A stretch of 64,000 nucleotides of DNA, taken from a virus. Lineage: Duplodnaviria; Heunggongvirae; Uroviricota; Caudoviricetes. Under the pieces are notes generated by a model that saw only the letters and a program-made list of their open reading frames with translations, did not search any database and had not been told where the DNA came from. The DNA is taken from IMG/VR virus record IMGVR_UViG_3300025778_000009. One strand, written 5' to 3'. This document shows, piece by piece, positions 9,168 to 18,144 of the stretch. Each line of letters starts with the position of its first letter. The first letter of the stretch is position 1. The position numbers and the translations under genes are program-made.

Positions 9168-11195
9168 ATGACAATTATTGATTTTCCTAATAGCCCAGCA
9201 GATGGTGATATCTATACATTTGGAAATAAATCCTGGCAATGGAATGCGTCAGGAAACTATTGGTTTGCAATATCAAAAACAATAGGCTATTCAGGCTCGA
9301 TAGGGTATACCGGATCTTCTGGTGCATCTGTATACATGGGATATACCGGGTCACAAGGATATTATGGTTCTACCGGGTTTCAAGGCTCTTTAGGCTATGA
9401 TGGTTCTATTGGATATACAGGATCTATAGGTTATACAGGTTCAACTGGATTTCAAGGATCAGCTGGGTTTGTAGGATCTCAAGGAACAAGTGGTGTTATA
9501 GGATATATTGGCTCTTCTGGTTTTACTGGTTCTACCGGGTTTAATGGTTCAGTAGGGTTTATAGGTTCTATAGGTTATTCTGGATCCATAGGTTACAACG
9601 GTTCTTTTGGTTTTACTGGTTCTACCGGGTTTAATGGGTCGGTAGGATTTACTGGATCACTAGGTTATACAGGATCTTTAGGTTACAGCGGTTCTATTGG
9701 GTATACTGGTTCTACAGGGTTTAATGGGTCGATAGGTTTTACAGGATCATTAGGTTTTACAGGATCATTAGGTTATAACGGTTCTACTGGATTTCAAGGG
9801 TCGTCAGGATTTAATGGATCTATAGGTTTTAACGGATCTATTGGATATACAGGTTCAATAGGGTATATAGGATCAGCTGGTTTTCAAGGGTCAACTGGTT
9901 TTCAAGGATCAGTAGGATTTATAGGGTCATTAGGATTTACTGGATCCCAAGGTGTTAACGGTGTAATAGGCTATAATGGATCGGTAGGATTTACAGGGTC
10001 AATTGGATATACAGGGTCTGCTTCTACTACACCGGGATATAATGGTTCTTTTGGGTATACTGGTTCGCAAGGTGCAAACAGTTTATACACACAATCTAAT
10101 ACTGCTCCTCTATATCCTAATCCAGGTGATAGATGGTTTAATACTGATATTGGAATTGAGTTAGTATACACAACAGATGCTAACGGTTCACAGTGGGTAG
10201 AAATTGCATCTAGCGGATTTTTAGGTCAAACTGGTTATAATGGGTCTCAAGGTGTTATCGGGTATACTGGATCACAAGGCATTCAAGGCATTATAGGTTA
10301 TTCTGGTTCAGTAGGATTTAACGGATCTATTGGATTTACAGGTTCAACAGGATTTACGGGCTCTACTGGTTTTAACGGATCGATTGGATTTGTAGGATCT
10401 ATAGGTTTTACAGGTTCTATTGGTACAGGGTATGTAGGTTCTAAAGGGTTTAATGGTTCAATAGGTGCAACAGGTTATGTTGGATCTACAGGATCAACAC
10501 CTACTATAACTTATACTTCACCTACTATGAACGTGTTTACATCTGGTTCTGGAACATATACAACACCAGGAAGTGTTGTGTGGATACGCGTACGAATGAT
10601 AGGCGGTGGCGGTGGCGGTGGTGGTGGTGGCACTAATAATTCAACCACATATAATTCAGTATATGCAGGAGCAAACGGAACTGCAACAACGTTTGGTGGT
10701 ACTTTACTAGTATGTAATCCTGGTCAAGGTGGTTTTGGTGCATATGATCTGCAATATGGTTTTGGAGGTACTGCTTCTATTGGTGATACTTCAAAAGCAT
10801 TTGGTATTGCATTAAACGGTGCATCTGGAGAACCAGGTTGGTCATCATCTCCTTCTACTTATGTTTCTGGTGGTTCTGGTGGTGCATCACCTTTTGGAGG
10901 TGCAGGGGCAAGAGGTTCTGGTGGTACAACCCCGGATGCAGTTTCAATTGCTGCGTCACCAAATACAGGAAGCGGCGGCGGAGGTGGTGGCAGCACTAAC
11001 GCTACTAACGCAAGAGGCGGCGGCGGTGGAGGCGCTGGAGGTTACATAGATGTTATAATAAGAATTCCAGATGCAACGTATTCATATGTAGTAGGTACTG
11101 GCGGAAGAGGTGGAGCTAACGGTACATCACAGTCTGGTTCAGGTAACACAGGTGCTTCTGGTATTATTATGATTGAAGAGCATTATGGTAGCTAA
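9168..11195 (+). CDS. collagen-like fiber protein with a conserved N-terminal adaptor module and a C-terminal Gly-rich module
   Basis: The N-terminus MTIIDFPNSPADGDIYTFGNKSWQWNASGNYW is followed by about 270 residues of G-x-y. It then carries the TAPLYPNPGDRWFNTDIGIELVYT motif, and the C-terminal ~230 aa are rich in poly-Gly, resembling the ORF at 15905. Confidence 0.75.
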   Translation: MTIIDFPNSPADGDIYTFGNKSWQWNASGNYWFAISKTIGYSGSIGYTGSSGASVYMGYTGSQGYYGSTGFQGSLGYDGSIGYTGSIGYTGSTGFQGSAGFVGSQGTSGVIGYIGSSGFTGSTGFNGSVGFIGSIGYSGSIGYNGSFGFTGSTGFNGSVGFTGSLGYTGSLGYSGSIGYTGSTGFNGSIGFTGSLGFTGSLGYNGSTGFQGSSGFNGSIGFNGSIGYTGSIGYIGSAGFQGSTGFQGSVGFIGSLGFTGSQGVNGVIGYNGSVGFTGSIGYTGSASTTPGYNGSFGYTGSQGANSLYTQSNTAPLYPNPGDRWFNTDIGIELVYTTDANGSQWVEIASSGFLGQTGYNGSQGVIGYTGSQGIQGIIGYSGSVGFNGSIGFTGSTGFTGSTGFNGSIGFVGSIGFTGSIGTGYVGSKGFNGSIGATGYVGSTGSTPTITYTSPTMNVFTSGSGTYTTPGSVVWIRVRMIGGGGGGGGGGTNNSTTYNSVYAGANGTATTFGGTLLVCNPGQGGFGAYDLQYGFGGTASIGDTSKAFGIALNGASGEPGWSSSPSTYVSGGSGGASPFGGAGARGSGGTTPDAVSIAASPNTGSGGGGGGSTNATNARGGGGGGAGGYIDVIIRIPDATYSYVVGTGGRGGANGTSQSGSGNTGASGIIMIEEHYGS

Positions 11196-11215
11196 TAAAA
11201 AGGTTTTTATTTTTA

Positions 11216-11830
11216 ATGAGTATTAATTTTCCTGCTAACCCAACACCTAATCAAGTATACACACTAGGTAGTAAAACTTGGACTTGGAATGCAGTATATG
11301 GTTACTGGCAGGCAACATCTACAACCATTGGGTATACCGGTTCACAAGGTAACCAAGGTTACTTAGGTTATACTGGTTCAACTGGGTTTCAAGGATCAGT
11401 TGGATACCAAGGATCAACTGGGTATCAAGGATCTGTAGGTTTTCAAGGATCTGCTGGGTTTCAAGGATCTGCTGGGTTTCAAGGATCTGCTGGGTTTCAA
11501 GGGTCAGCAGGATTTAATGGATCTTTCGGTTATACAGGATCTCTTGGTTATGCTGGATCTATAGGTCTTGCAAATGCTGTAGTTAGTGATACTGCTCCAG
11601 GTACTCCTGCTACTGGCCAATTATGGCTAGACTCTTCTACTGGTCTGCTAAATATATGGTATTCTCCTTCTAATGTGTGGCTTTCGGTAACATCAGTAGG
11701 CATTCAAGGACAGACCGGTTATGCTGGTTCTGTGGGAAATCCTGGACCTGCAGGAGGAGCTACTGGTTATCAAGGGTCAGCTGGCTCTCTAAGTGCAGCT
11801 ATAGGTATATCAATTATTTTTGGAATTTAA
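11216..11830 (+). CDS. short collagen-like fiber protein sharing the N-terminal adaptor module
   Basis: The N-terminus is MSINFPANPTPNQVYTLGSKTWTWNAVYGYW, followed by G-(Y/F)-Q-G-S repeats and the motif DTAPGTPATGQLWLDSSTGLLNIWY. Confidence 0.7.
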   Translation: MSINFPANPTPNQVYTLGSKTWTWNAVYGYWQATSTTIGYTGSQGNQGYLGYTGSTGFQGSVGYQGSTGYQGSVGFQGSAGFQGSAGFQGSAGFQGSAGFNGSFGYTGSLGYAGSIGLANAVVSDTAPGTPATGQLWLDSSTGLLNIWYSPSNVWLSVTSVGIQGQTGYAGSVGNPGPAGGATGYQGSAGSLSAAIGISIIFGI

Positions 11831-11841
11831 GAGAATAGCAA

Positions 11842-12195
11842 ATGGCAAACCCAAATATTTTAGCTTTATCTTCTGTAACTGGTAAATCTAATACTGCTCA
11901 GATAACTACTGGTGGTGTTACTATACTATCAGGATCAGCCGGTACTGTTCTTAAAGTAAATACATTAATGATCGGTAATATGGACGGTGTTACTGCATAT
12001 GGTGTTACTATGAACTACAATAACGGTATCACTAGTGTTACAGTAGCTAACAATATATCTGTTCCTGCACAATCTACTCTTACTATCATAGATAAAACTG
12101 CCACATTTTATATGGAAGAAAATCATACTATAGTTTTATATGCATCGCAAAATAATAAATTAAATAGTATTATTAGTTATGAGATAATGTCCTAA
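11842..12195 (+). CDS. hypothetical virion protein
   Basis: Clean ORF within the fiber operon with a Thr/Ser/Asn-rich composition. Confidence 0.45.
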   Translation: MANPNILALSSVTGKSNTAQITTGGVTILSGSAGTVLKVNTLMIGNMDGVTAYGVTMNYNNGITSVTVANNISVPAQSTLTIIDKTATFYMEENHTIVLYASQNNKLNSIISYEIMS

Positions 12196-13376
12196 TGATT
12201 ATTAACGGCGGTGTAAAAGGTATTTACAATATTCCTTCTACGGCCAGCGCGTCTGGAGTATGGTCAAGATTTGATCAAAATATAAACAAATCTTTAGGAA
12301 GATGGCCTATTGCAGCAGGAAATACAGCATCTCCTGTTATTGCATCTACAATTAGTGTATCCCCTTATGTTAAAGTAATTAATTTTTTTCCAGGCTCTGG
12401 TTTTGGTACAACGTTTTCTAATCCTGGAACATTACCTAGCGGACCGGGTAACGATATACAATTTTCTCCTGATAATAGCAGTATTGTATGGGTAGAGTTG
12501 AGCGGTGGTATAGTAAAAGTATTAAGTTGGGGTAGCACTGGTTTTGGTTCAACATTGTCTAATATAACTGTAGGCAGTACATATTATGCAAAAAGTGCTC
12601 AAATTAGTCCTTCAGGTAACTTTATTGCCATTAGATTTGTAACAAATCTTAGTGTAGGATATGTTAGTATATACAATTTTAATGCAACTACAGGAATAGG
12701 GTCTTTTCGATCATCAGCAACTGTTGGAACAGATAATATTACCTCAAATGGATATGATTTTGTTAAATGGTCACCGTTAGAAGATTCTATTATTACAACT
12801 ACCTATAATAGTCCGTCAAGTACTTTATATGGGTTTACTTTCAACTCTATTACAGGTGTAATAGGAACTGCTGTAGAATTAGAATTTGCAGCTAACTATG
12901 ACTATTATAGAGGTTCTATTCATCCTTCAGGTAAAGCTTTAGCTATAGGTGGTTCTTTTTTAAGCTTACATCTTTTTTCTTATTCATCTTCTACAGCGTC
13001 TGCTGTTTCTGCAGGCTCTGTTGGTACAGGTGGATCTGCTGCAGTAGATGCAAGTTATTCTAAAGACGGGACATTCTTATTAGCTTCAACGCCAAGTAAT
13101 ATATATATTCATTCTACTAATTCAGTTAACGGTGCTTATATATCTACTATAACCTCCTCTGCCACTGGATATACAACAGGTAGAAGTACAATATCATATA
13201 GTTCTTCTGACATCTTATATGATTTATCAAACACTACATCATATGGAATAAGAGGTTACCCAGTAACTAGAACAGGCTCTGTACCTACAGGTATAGGTAC
13301 ATCTTATTCCGCTTCTTTTACTTCAGGATCTTCTGTAACTACATATTCAATAGTAACAAACAATTATAATTATTAA
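12195..13376 (+). CDS. hypothetical virion protein, possibly with a beta-propeller-like repeat architecture
   Basis: Blade-like segments recur, such as ISPSGNFIAIRF, IHPSGKALAIGG and YSKDGTFLLAST. The start overlaps the stop of the previous gene. Confidence 0.4.
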   Translation: MIINGGVKGIYNIPSTASASGVWSRFDQNINKSLGRWPIAAGNTASPVIASTISVSPYVKVINFFPGSGFGTTFSNPGTLPSGPGNDIQFSPDNSSIVWVELSGGIVKVLSWGSTGFGSTLSNITVGSTYYAKSAQISPSGNFIAIRFVTNLSVGYVSIYNFNATTGIGSFRSSATVGTDNITSNGYDFVKWSPLEDSIITTTYNSPSSTLYGFTFNSITGVIGTAVELEFAANYDYYRGSIHPSGKALAIGGSFLSLHLFSYSSSTASAVSAGSVGTGGSAAVDASYSKDGTFLLASTPSNIYIHSTNSVNGAYISTITSSATGYTTGRSTISYSSSDILYDLSNTTSYGIRGYPVTRTGSVPTGIGTSYSASFTSGSSVTTYSIVTNNYNY

Positions 13377-13389
13377 AAGGAGTTTTATT

Positions 13390-13752
13390 ATGGATTTTTT
13401 TACTATTACAGATGCGGATAAAAAACTAACAATTGCAAGAAATATTGTTATGAGAGAACAAGAAATACATGCATACGAATTAAATGTAATAAATTATCAA
13501 GTAATTTTAGATTCTCTTCCAAAAGATGAATGGCCAGCAGTTATTAGTGCATATAAAGAAACACCTATTCAAAACGTTCCTTCAGATTATCATGATCTAG
13601 TAAATGACTATCAATTTAGAGAGCGTGTTAGACATCTTATAGCAACAGAAAAGCATGAAATGAATAAATCAGTGAAAGTATATCAAGCTTTGTTAACACA
13701 GATACCAGCAGAAGAATTGCCAGATCTATTAAAAGCAGCACAACAAGTTTAA
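13390..13752 (+). CDS. hypothetical protein
   Basis: 120-aa ORF with an RBS-like AAAGGAG upstream and a non-repetitive helical composition. Confidence 0.4.
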   Translation: MDFFTITDADKKLTIARNIVMREQEIHAYELNVINYQVILDSLPKDEWPAVISAYKETPIQNVPSDYHDLVNDYQFRERVRHLIATEKHEMNKSVKVYQALLTQIPAEELPDLLKAAQQV

Positions 13753-13758
13753 TAAAAA

Positions 13759-15903
13759 ATGTCACTAAGTTTTCCTAGTAGCCCTAGTATCGGTAATTTA
13801 TATTTTTCTGGTGGTAACACCTGGAAATGGACTGGTACCACATGGGTTATAGTAGGTAGTTCTGGCTTTCAAGGATCTATAGGGTTTCAAGGTTCTTCTG
13901 GTGCTATCGTAGCACCAGGCAGCACATCACAAGTATTATATAATGATGGTGTTTATGCTAATGCATCAGCTGGGTTAACATTTAGTAAAACTAGTAACAA
14001 TTTATTTGTTGGTAATACTTTAATTGCAAATTCTATATCTGCTAACGGATATATTGGTTCAGCAGGCCAACTTTTATATTCTAATTCTTCCGGTGGAATA
14101 TATTGGGCAAATGCTGCAGGCGGGTTTGCAAATGGTCAATCTATTGCAGTAAACGTTTTGACAGTTAATAGTTCATTAACTGCAAACGGTATAACAATTC
14201 ACAATGCTAATTTAGTCGCAAATAGTATTACTATTCATAATGCTAACGTAATATTTTCTACAACATTACCTTTAACATCACCTGCTGGTATTATAGCAAA
14301 CGGCTCTATTGGTACAGCATTTCAAACTCTATTATCTAACGGCACGGGGTTATATTGGGATAGTAATACCTATGTCTCTAACTCTTATTTTTCTACTAGT
14401 GGTGTAGGAGTATCTAATTCTTATGCATCAGCTACATATGTTACCAATAATACAATTAATTCCGCCAACATAATTTTAGGTGTTGCAAATGTTACTTTTA
14501 ATAGTAATGTAGTACATAATGCTAACATAACAATTAATGCTGTTTCTGCATATACGACATTTGCATCAAAAAATTATGTGTTTAATGCAAATACTATGGC
14601 TATTTTAACAAATAATTTTAGCACATATGCAACAACATTAAGTTCATCACAATATGTTAATATCGGTACTGGAACAACCTCAGTTTATGCTGGTAATGGT
14701 TATGGCTTTACTTCAGAATTTTTTGTTAAATTTAATACTCTTTCAACAACTTCAACATTGACACCTATGTGGTTTGATAATACAGGTGGTGGAGGTCGTC
14801 CAAATCAATATGCATTATTTGCTAATACTACTACGTTATCAGCTTCTCAAATTGGATACGGTACAATATTTACATTAACAGGATTAACAATTGCAACTGG
14901 TGTGTGGTATCATATGGCCTGGATAGGCTTTAATAATAACATGTATTTTGCAATTAATGGTACTGTTTATGATTTAAATACAGTTCCATCTAATGGAAAT
15001 TTTGCAACCGGGTATCCGTACAATTGGGGTGGTATATATAATCTTTCAAATGCTACCTATTCAAACATAAGAGTTGTTGCAAACAATAATATTTACTCCA
15101 TACATGGGTTTATTCCTCCAAACGCACCATTAAATGCACCCCCAGGCACATCCTTGTTAAATTTTCAATCTAGTACTTTTGCTGATTCTATTACAGGTAC
15201 TTTATTATCTACTACTGGAACACCCACTTTATCAACAACGACTATAAACTTATATCCCACAGCTAATAACAATTTAGTAAGTGGTACTATTAATAATGGA
15301 AATGCTATATTTCAATCTGTAACAACAAACTATATTCAAACACCTACATTGTATGTGTATGGAGCTAATGGTGCTGCTTCTACTTTATATGTTTCTAATG
15401 GTGTTTTATTAATAGGAAATACATCTGTTAACTCAGTTCATAATAGTAAATCATTATCCATTTATGATTCAATTGCAGTAAGCAATCTTACTATTAATTC
15501 TACTTCTATTGCTATATCAAATAGTACAATAACTAATGCTAAAATTTCTCCAGTTCAGACACTTACTGTTGCCTTGTCTGATGAATCAACTCAAATAACA
15601 CAAGGTATTAAAATTGTAACAAGAGCTCCTTATGCCATGACATTAGTACCTCCCTATGCAAGAATATCTTTATCAATAACAGGTACAACAACAACATCCG
15701 TAGATATTACATCTGGCGGATCTTCTATATTTTCGGCAACCCCATCATTAGCATCTGGTGTAATTTCTAATACAGGACCTGCATCTATGTCAGCAACAGG
15801 ATTAGCCACTATTGCAGATGATACACAATTACAATTTAGTGTGTCTGCTAACGGCGCTGGTGCTAGCGGGTTAAAAGCAACACTATATTATGTAAAGATC
15901 TAA
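13759..15903 (+). CDS. fiber protein with the N-terminal adaptor module, a short collagen-like tract and a LamG-like motif
   Basis: The N-terminus is MSLSFPSSPSIGNLYFSGGNTWKWTGTTW, followed by GFQGSIGFQGSSG. A LamG-like motif VWYHMAWIGFNNNMYFAINGTVY occurs later. The protein is Thr/Asn/Ser-rich. Confidence 0.65.
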   Translation: MSLSFPSSPSIGNLYFSGGNTWKWTGTTWVIVGSSGFQGSIGFQGSSGAIVAPGSTSQVLYNDGVYANASAGLTFSKTSNNLFVGNTLIANSISANGYIGSAGQLLYSNSSGGIYWANAAGGFANGQSIAVNVLTVNSSLTANGITIHNANLVANSITIHNANVIFSTTLPLTSPAGIIANGSIGTAFQTLLSNGTGLYWDSNTYVSNSYFSTSGVGVSNSYASATYVTNNTINSANIILGVANVTFNSNVVHNANITINAVSAYTTFASKNYVFNANTMAILTNNFSTYATTLSSSQYVNIGTGTTSVYAGNGYGFTSEFFVKFNTLSTTSTLTPMWFDNTGGGGRPNQYALFANTTTLSASQIGYGTIFTLTGLTIATGVWYHMAWIGFNNNMYFAINGTVYDLNTVPSNGNFATGYPYNWGGIYNLSNATYSNIRVVANNNIYSIHGFIPPNAPLNAPPGTSLLNFQSSTFADSITGTLLSTTGTPTLSTTTINLYPTANNNLVSGTINNGNAIFQSVTTNYIQTPTLYVYGANGAASTLYVSNGVLLIGNTSVNSVHNSKSLSIYDSIAVSNLTINSTSIAISNSTITNAKISPVQTLTVALSDESTQITQGIKIVTRAPYAMTLVPPYARISLSITGTTTTSVDITSGGSSIFSATPSLASGVISNTGPASMSATGLATIADDTQLQFSVSANGAGASGLKATLYYVKI

Positions 15904-15904
15904 T

Positions 15905-16843
15905 ATGAGTACCTATCTTTTAAATGAATATATAGGTGCTGGTTATAGTGATGGTCTAATAATTCCACCTGCAGCACCGTCACAAATTATTTTTACTACA
16001 GTAGGTGCATATTCATGGGCAGTACCACTAGGAGTAACTAGAATATGTGTTGTTGCAGTTGGGGGAGGTGGTGGAGGTGCAAATATAGCCAACGCTGGAG
16101 GAGGTGGCGGAGGTGGTTTAGTATATCTGAACAATTACACAGTAAAAGCTGGTGATATTGTTTCAGGAATCGTAGGAGATGGTGGTACAGCAAATACAGT
16201 AGGTGTTTCTACTACAGTACTTGTTAATGGATCTAATATAATTACTGCTCAGGGTGGAAGTGGAGGATCTGGTACTGTTGGTGGATCGGGAGGAAGTGGT
16301 ACTGGTATCTCAGGTATAGTTGCAAATTCAGGAGGAGCAGGAGGTAATTTTACTGGTTCTGGATCACCTTACGGTGCAGGTGGAGGTGGTGCTGCAGGTT
16401 ATTCAGGTGCTGGAGGACGTGGTGGATTTTCATCAGGAAACTCTGGAGGTATAGCAGCTATTGCAGGTGCAGGAGGTGGTGGCGGTGGCGGGGGAGCTGC
16501 TTACAGTACAAATAATACCGGTAGTGGTAGTGGTGCTGGAGGTGGTGGTGTTGGACTATTAGGTTCTGGTACAAATGGAACAGCTGGTACTCAAGGTTTT
16601 AGAAATACTCCTGTAAATCCTACTGGAGGCGGTGGTGGTTCAGGAGGAGCAGCTGGTACAAATGGCGGAGTTGTTAGTGCATCTGCTCCAGTTGGAGGAG
16701 CATACGGTGGTGGAGGCGGTGGTACACAGGGTGCTAACGGAAACCCTGCAGTTAACGGTAAAGGCGGGCAAGGTGCTGTAAGAATAATTTACGGTTATTC
16801 AACAGACACAAGAACATTTCCTTCTAATGCCGGGGATTTATAA
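15905..16843 (+). CDS. glycine-rich protein, homologous to the C-terminal module of the 9168..11195 protein
   Basis: YSWAVPLGVTRICVVAVGGGGGG parallels YTTPGSVVWIRVRMIGGGGGGGG in ORF 9168. Repeated GGxGG tracts run throughout. Confidence 0.55.
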   Translation: MSTYLLNEYIGAGYSDGLIIPPAAPSQIIFTTVGAYSWAVPLGVTRICVVAVGGGGGGANIANAGGGGGGGLVYLNNYTVKAGDIVSGIVGDGGTANTVGVSTTVLVNGSNIITAQGGSGGSGTVGGSGGSGTGISGIVANSGGAGGNFTGSGSPYGAGGGGAAGYSGAGGRGGFSSGNSGGIAAIAGAGGGGGGGGAAYSTNNTGSGSGAGGGGVGLLGSGTNGTAGTQGFRNTPVNPTGGGGGSGGAAGTNGGVVSASAPVGGAYGGGGGGTQGANGNPAVNGKGGQGAVRIIYGYSTDTRTFPSNAGDL

Positions 16844-16866
16844 TAAATTATCTTACCTTTGAATCT

Positions 16867-16874
16867 TATAAATA
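16867..16874 (+). promoter_or_regulatory. T4-type late promoter motif TATAAATA
   Basis: Exact TATAAATA lies about 35 nt upstream of the ATG at 16910. A gp55 homolog is encoded in this window. Confidence 0.4.
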
Positions 16875-16909
16875 CTTAAAAATACATTTACTTTTAGGAA
16901 AAATCTAAA

Positions 16910-18142
16910 ATGACCACGAAGATTTTCGTTTCCCAGATTGATAAAACTAATCCTGACGGGTATACAGGTTCTACCGGTGCCTTCTTAATCCTTGGTTCAA
17001 CTGGACCTTATTGGGCTAGTGGTGACGCTGCTGCACCTGTAGGATTTTTAGGTTCTATAGGTTTTCAAGGATCTTCTGGATTTCAAGGATCTTTTGGATA
17101 TACAGGGTATCAAGGATCACTAGGTTTTGTTGGTTATACTGGCTCAATTGGGTTTCAAGGTTCATCTGGATTTTTAGGATCATCAGGATTTCAAGGTTCT
17201 TTAGGTGATACTGGATATAAAGGATCTTTTGGTGATGTTGGTTTTAGAGGATCACAAGGTGTAATAGGTGATCAAGGTCCAGTAGGCTATCAAGGATCTA
17301 CTTCTTTTGCTGGTTCAGTAGGATTTCAAGGTTCTGTCGGCCCTCCTGGACCAATTAATATTGGATTTCAAGGGTCATTAGGTGACACAGGTTACCAAGG
17401 ATCAGCTGGTTTCCTAGGTTCTTCTGGATTTCAAGGTTCAGTAGGATTTTTAGGATCTTCAGGATTCTTAGGTTCAGCAGGATTTGCAGGTAGTGTAGGT
17501 TACGGTCTAACAGGCTATACTGGGTCAGTAGGTGCATCAGGAGGGCTAGGGCCTTTTGGTTATCAAGGATCTACTGGTTTTACTGGATCTGTACCCAATG
17601 TGAGTTTAACTGGTCTTGTTGATTTTCCTGCTTCATATACTTCTCCAAACGCATTTTTAAGAGTAAATGCTGCTGCTTCTGGTATTGTATTTGATACAAA
17701 TACTTACATTACTAATTCAATGTCTACTGGCATCAGTATGAATTATAATACATTGTTTAATCCAGTTCTTCTTGGATATGGTGAAGTAGTAAATCCAATT
17801 GGTAATGCAACAGTAACCGGTTTTGGTTTTACACCAACCGCTAATGGAAATATTGTTACTGTAACATTAACTGATTCTGTTGTTGGTGTTACAATAGGTA
17901 CTACTGGAATGGTGTCTGGTAGATTATATACCGCAACAATGTTTATTAAACAAGACGGTACAGGTAACAGAACAATAGATTGGTCTGCTTTAAATATAAA
18001 ATGGCCAACTGGTGAAAGTACGCCTCCTACAGGACCTGTTCTTTCTATACAACCAAATTATACAGATGTTATAACATTATATACTTTAAATGCAGGAACT
18101 ACATGGTATGGTATTTTAGCTATTAAAGGTTTTAACGGTTAA
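16910..18142 (+). CDS. collagen-like fiber protein with a non-collagen C-terminal domain
   Basis: About 200 aa of G-F-Q-G-S / G-Y-T-G-S repeats are followed by a Thr/Val-rich globular region. Confidence 0.7.
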   Translation: MTTKIFVSQIDKTNPDGYTGSTGAFLILGSTGPYWASGDAAAPVGFLGSIGFQGSSGFQGSFGYTGYQGSLGFVGYTGSIGFQGSSGFLGSSGFQGSLGDTGYKGSFGDVGFRGSQGVIGDQGPVGYQGSTSFAGSVGFQGSVGPPGPINIGFQGSLGDTGYQGSAGFLGSSGFQGSVGFLGSSGFLGSAGFAGSVGYGLTGYTGSVGASGGLGPFGYQGSTGFTGSVPNVSLTGLVDFPASYTSPNAFLRVNAAASGIVFDTNTYITNSMSTGISMNYNTLFNPVLLGYGEVVNPIGNATVTGFGFTPTANGNIVTVTLTDSVVGVTIGTTGMVSGRLYTATMFIKQDGTGNRTIDWSALNIKWPTGESTPPTGPVLSIQPNYTDVITLYTLNAGTTWYGILAIKGFNG

Positions 18143-18144
18143 AA

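Noticed and set aside
10601-16499. Runs of (GGN)n such as ggcggtggcggtggcggtggtggtggtggc, considered as CRISPR-like repeats or G-quadruplex-forming sequences.
   Set aside because: They are in-frame poly-Gly codons inside Gly-rich proteins. They are not spaced repeats, and the mixed GGT/GGC/GGA codons do not give G4-competent runs of GGG.
1747-18142. Collagen G-x-y repeats as a sign of eukaryotic or contaminant origin.
   Set aside because: The genes are embedded in a contiguous phage structural operon with phage-type overlapping stop-start junctions and T4 late promoters. Collagen-like fibers are known in phages and giant viruses.
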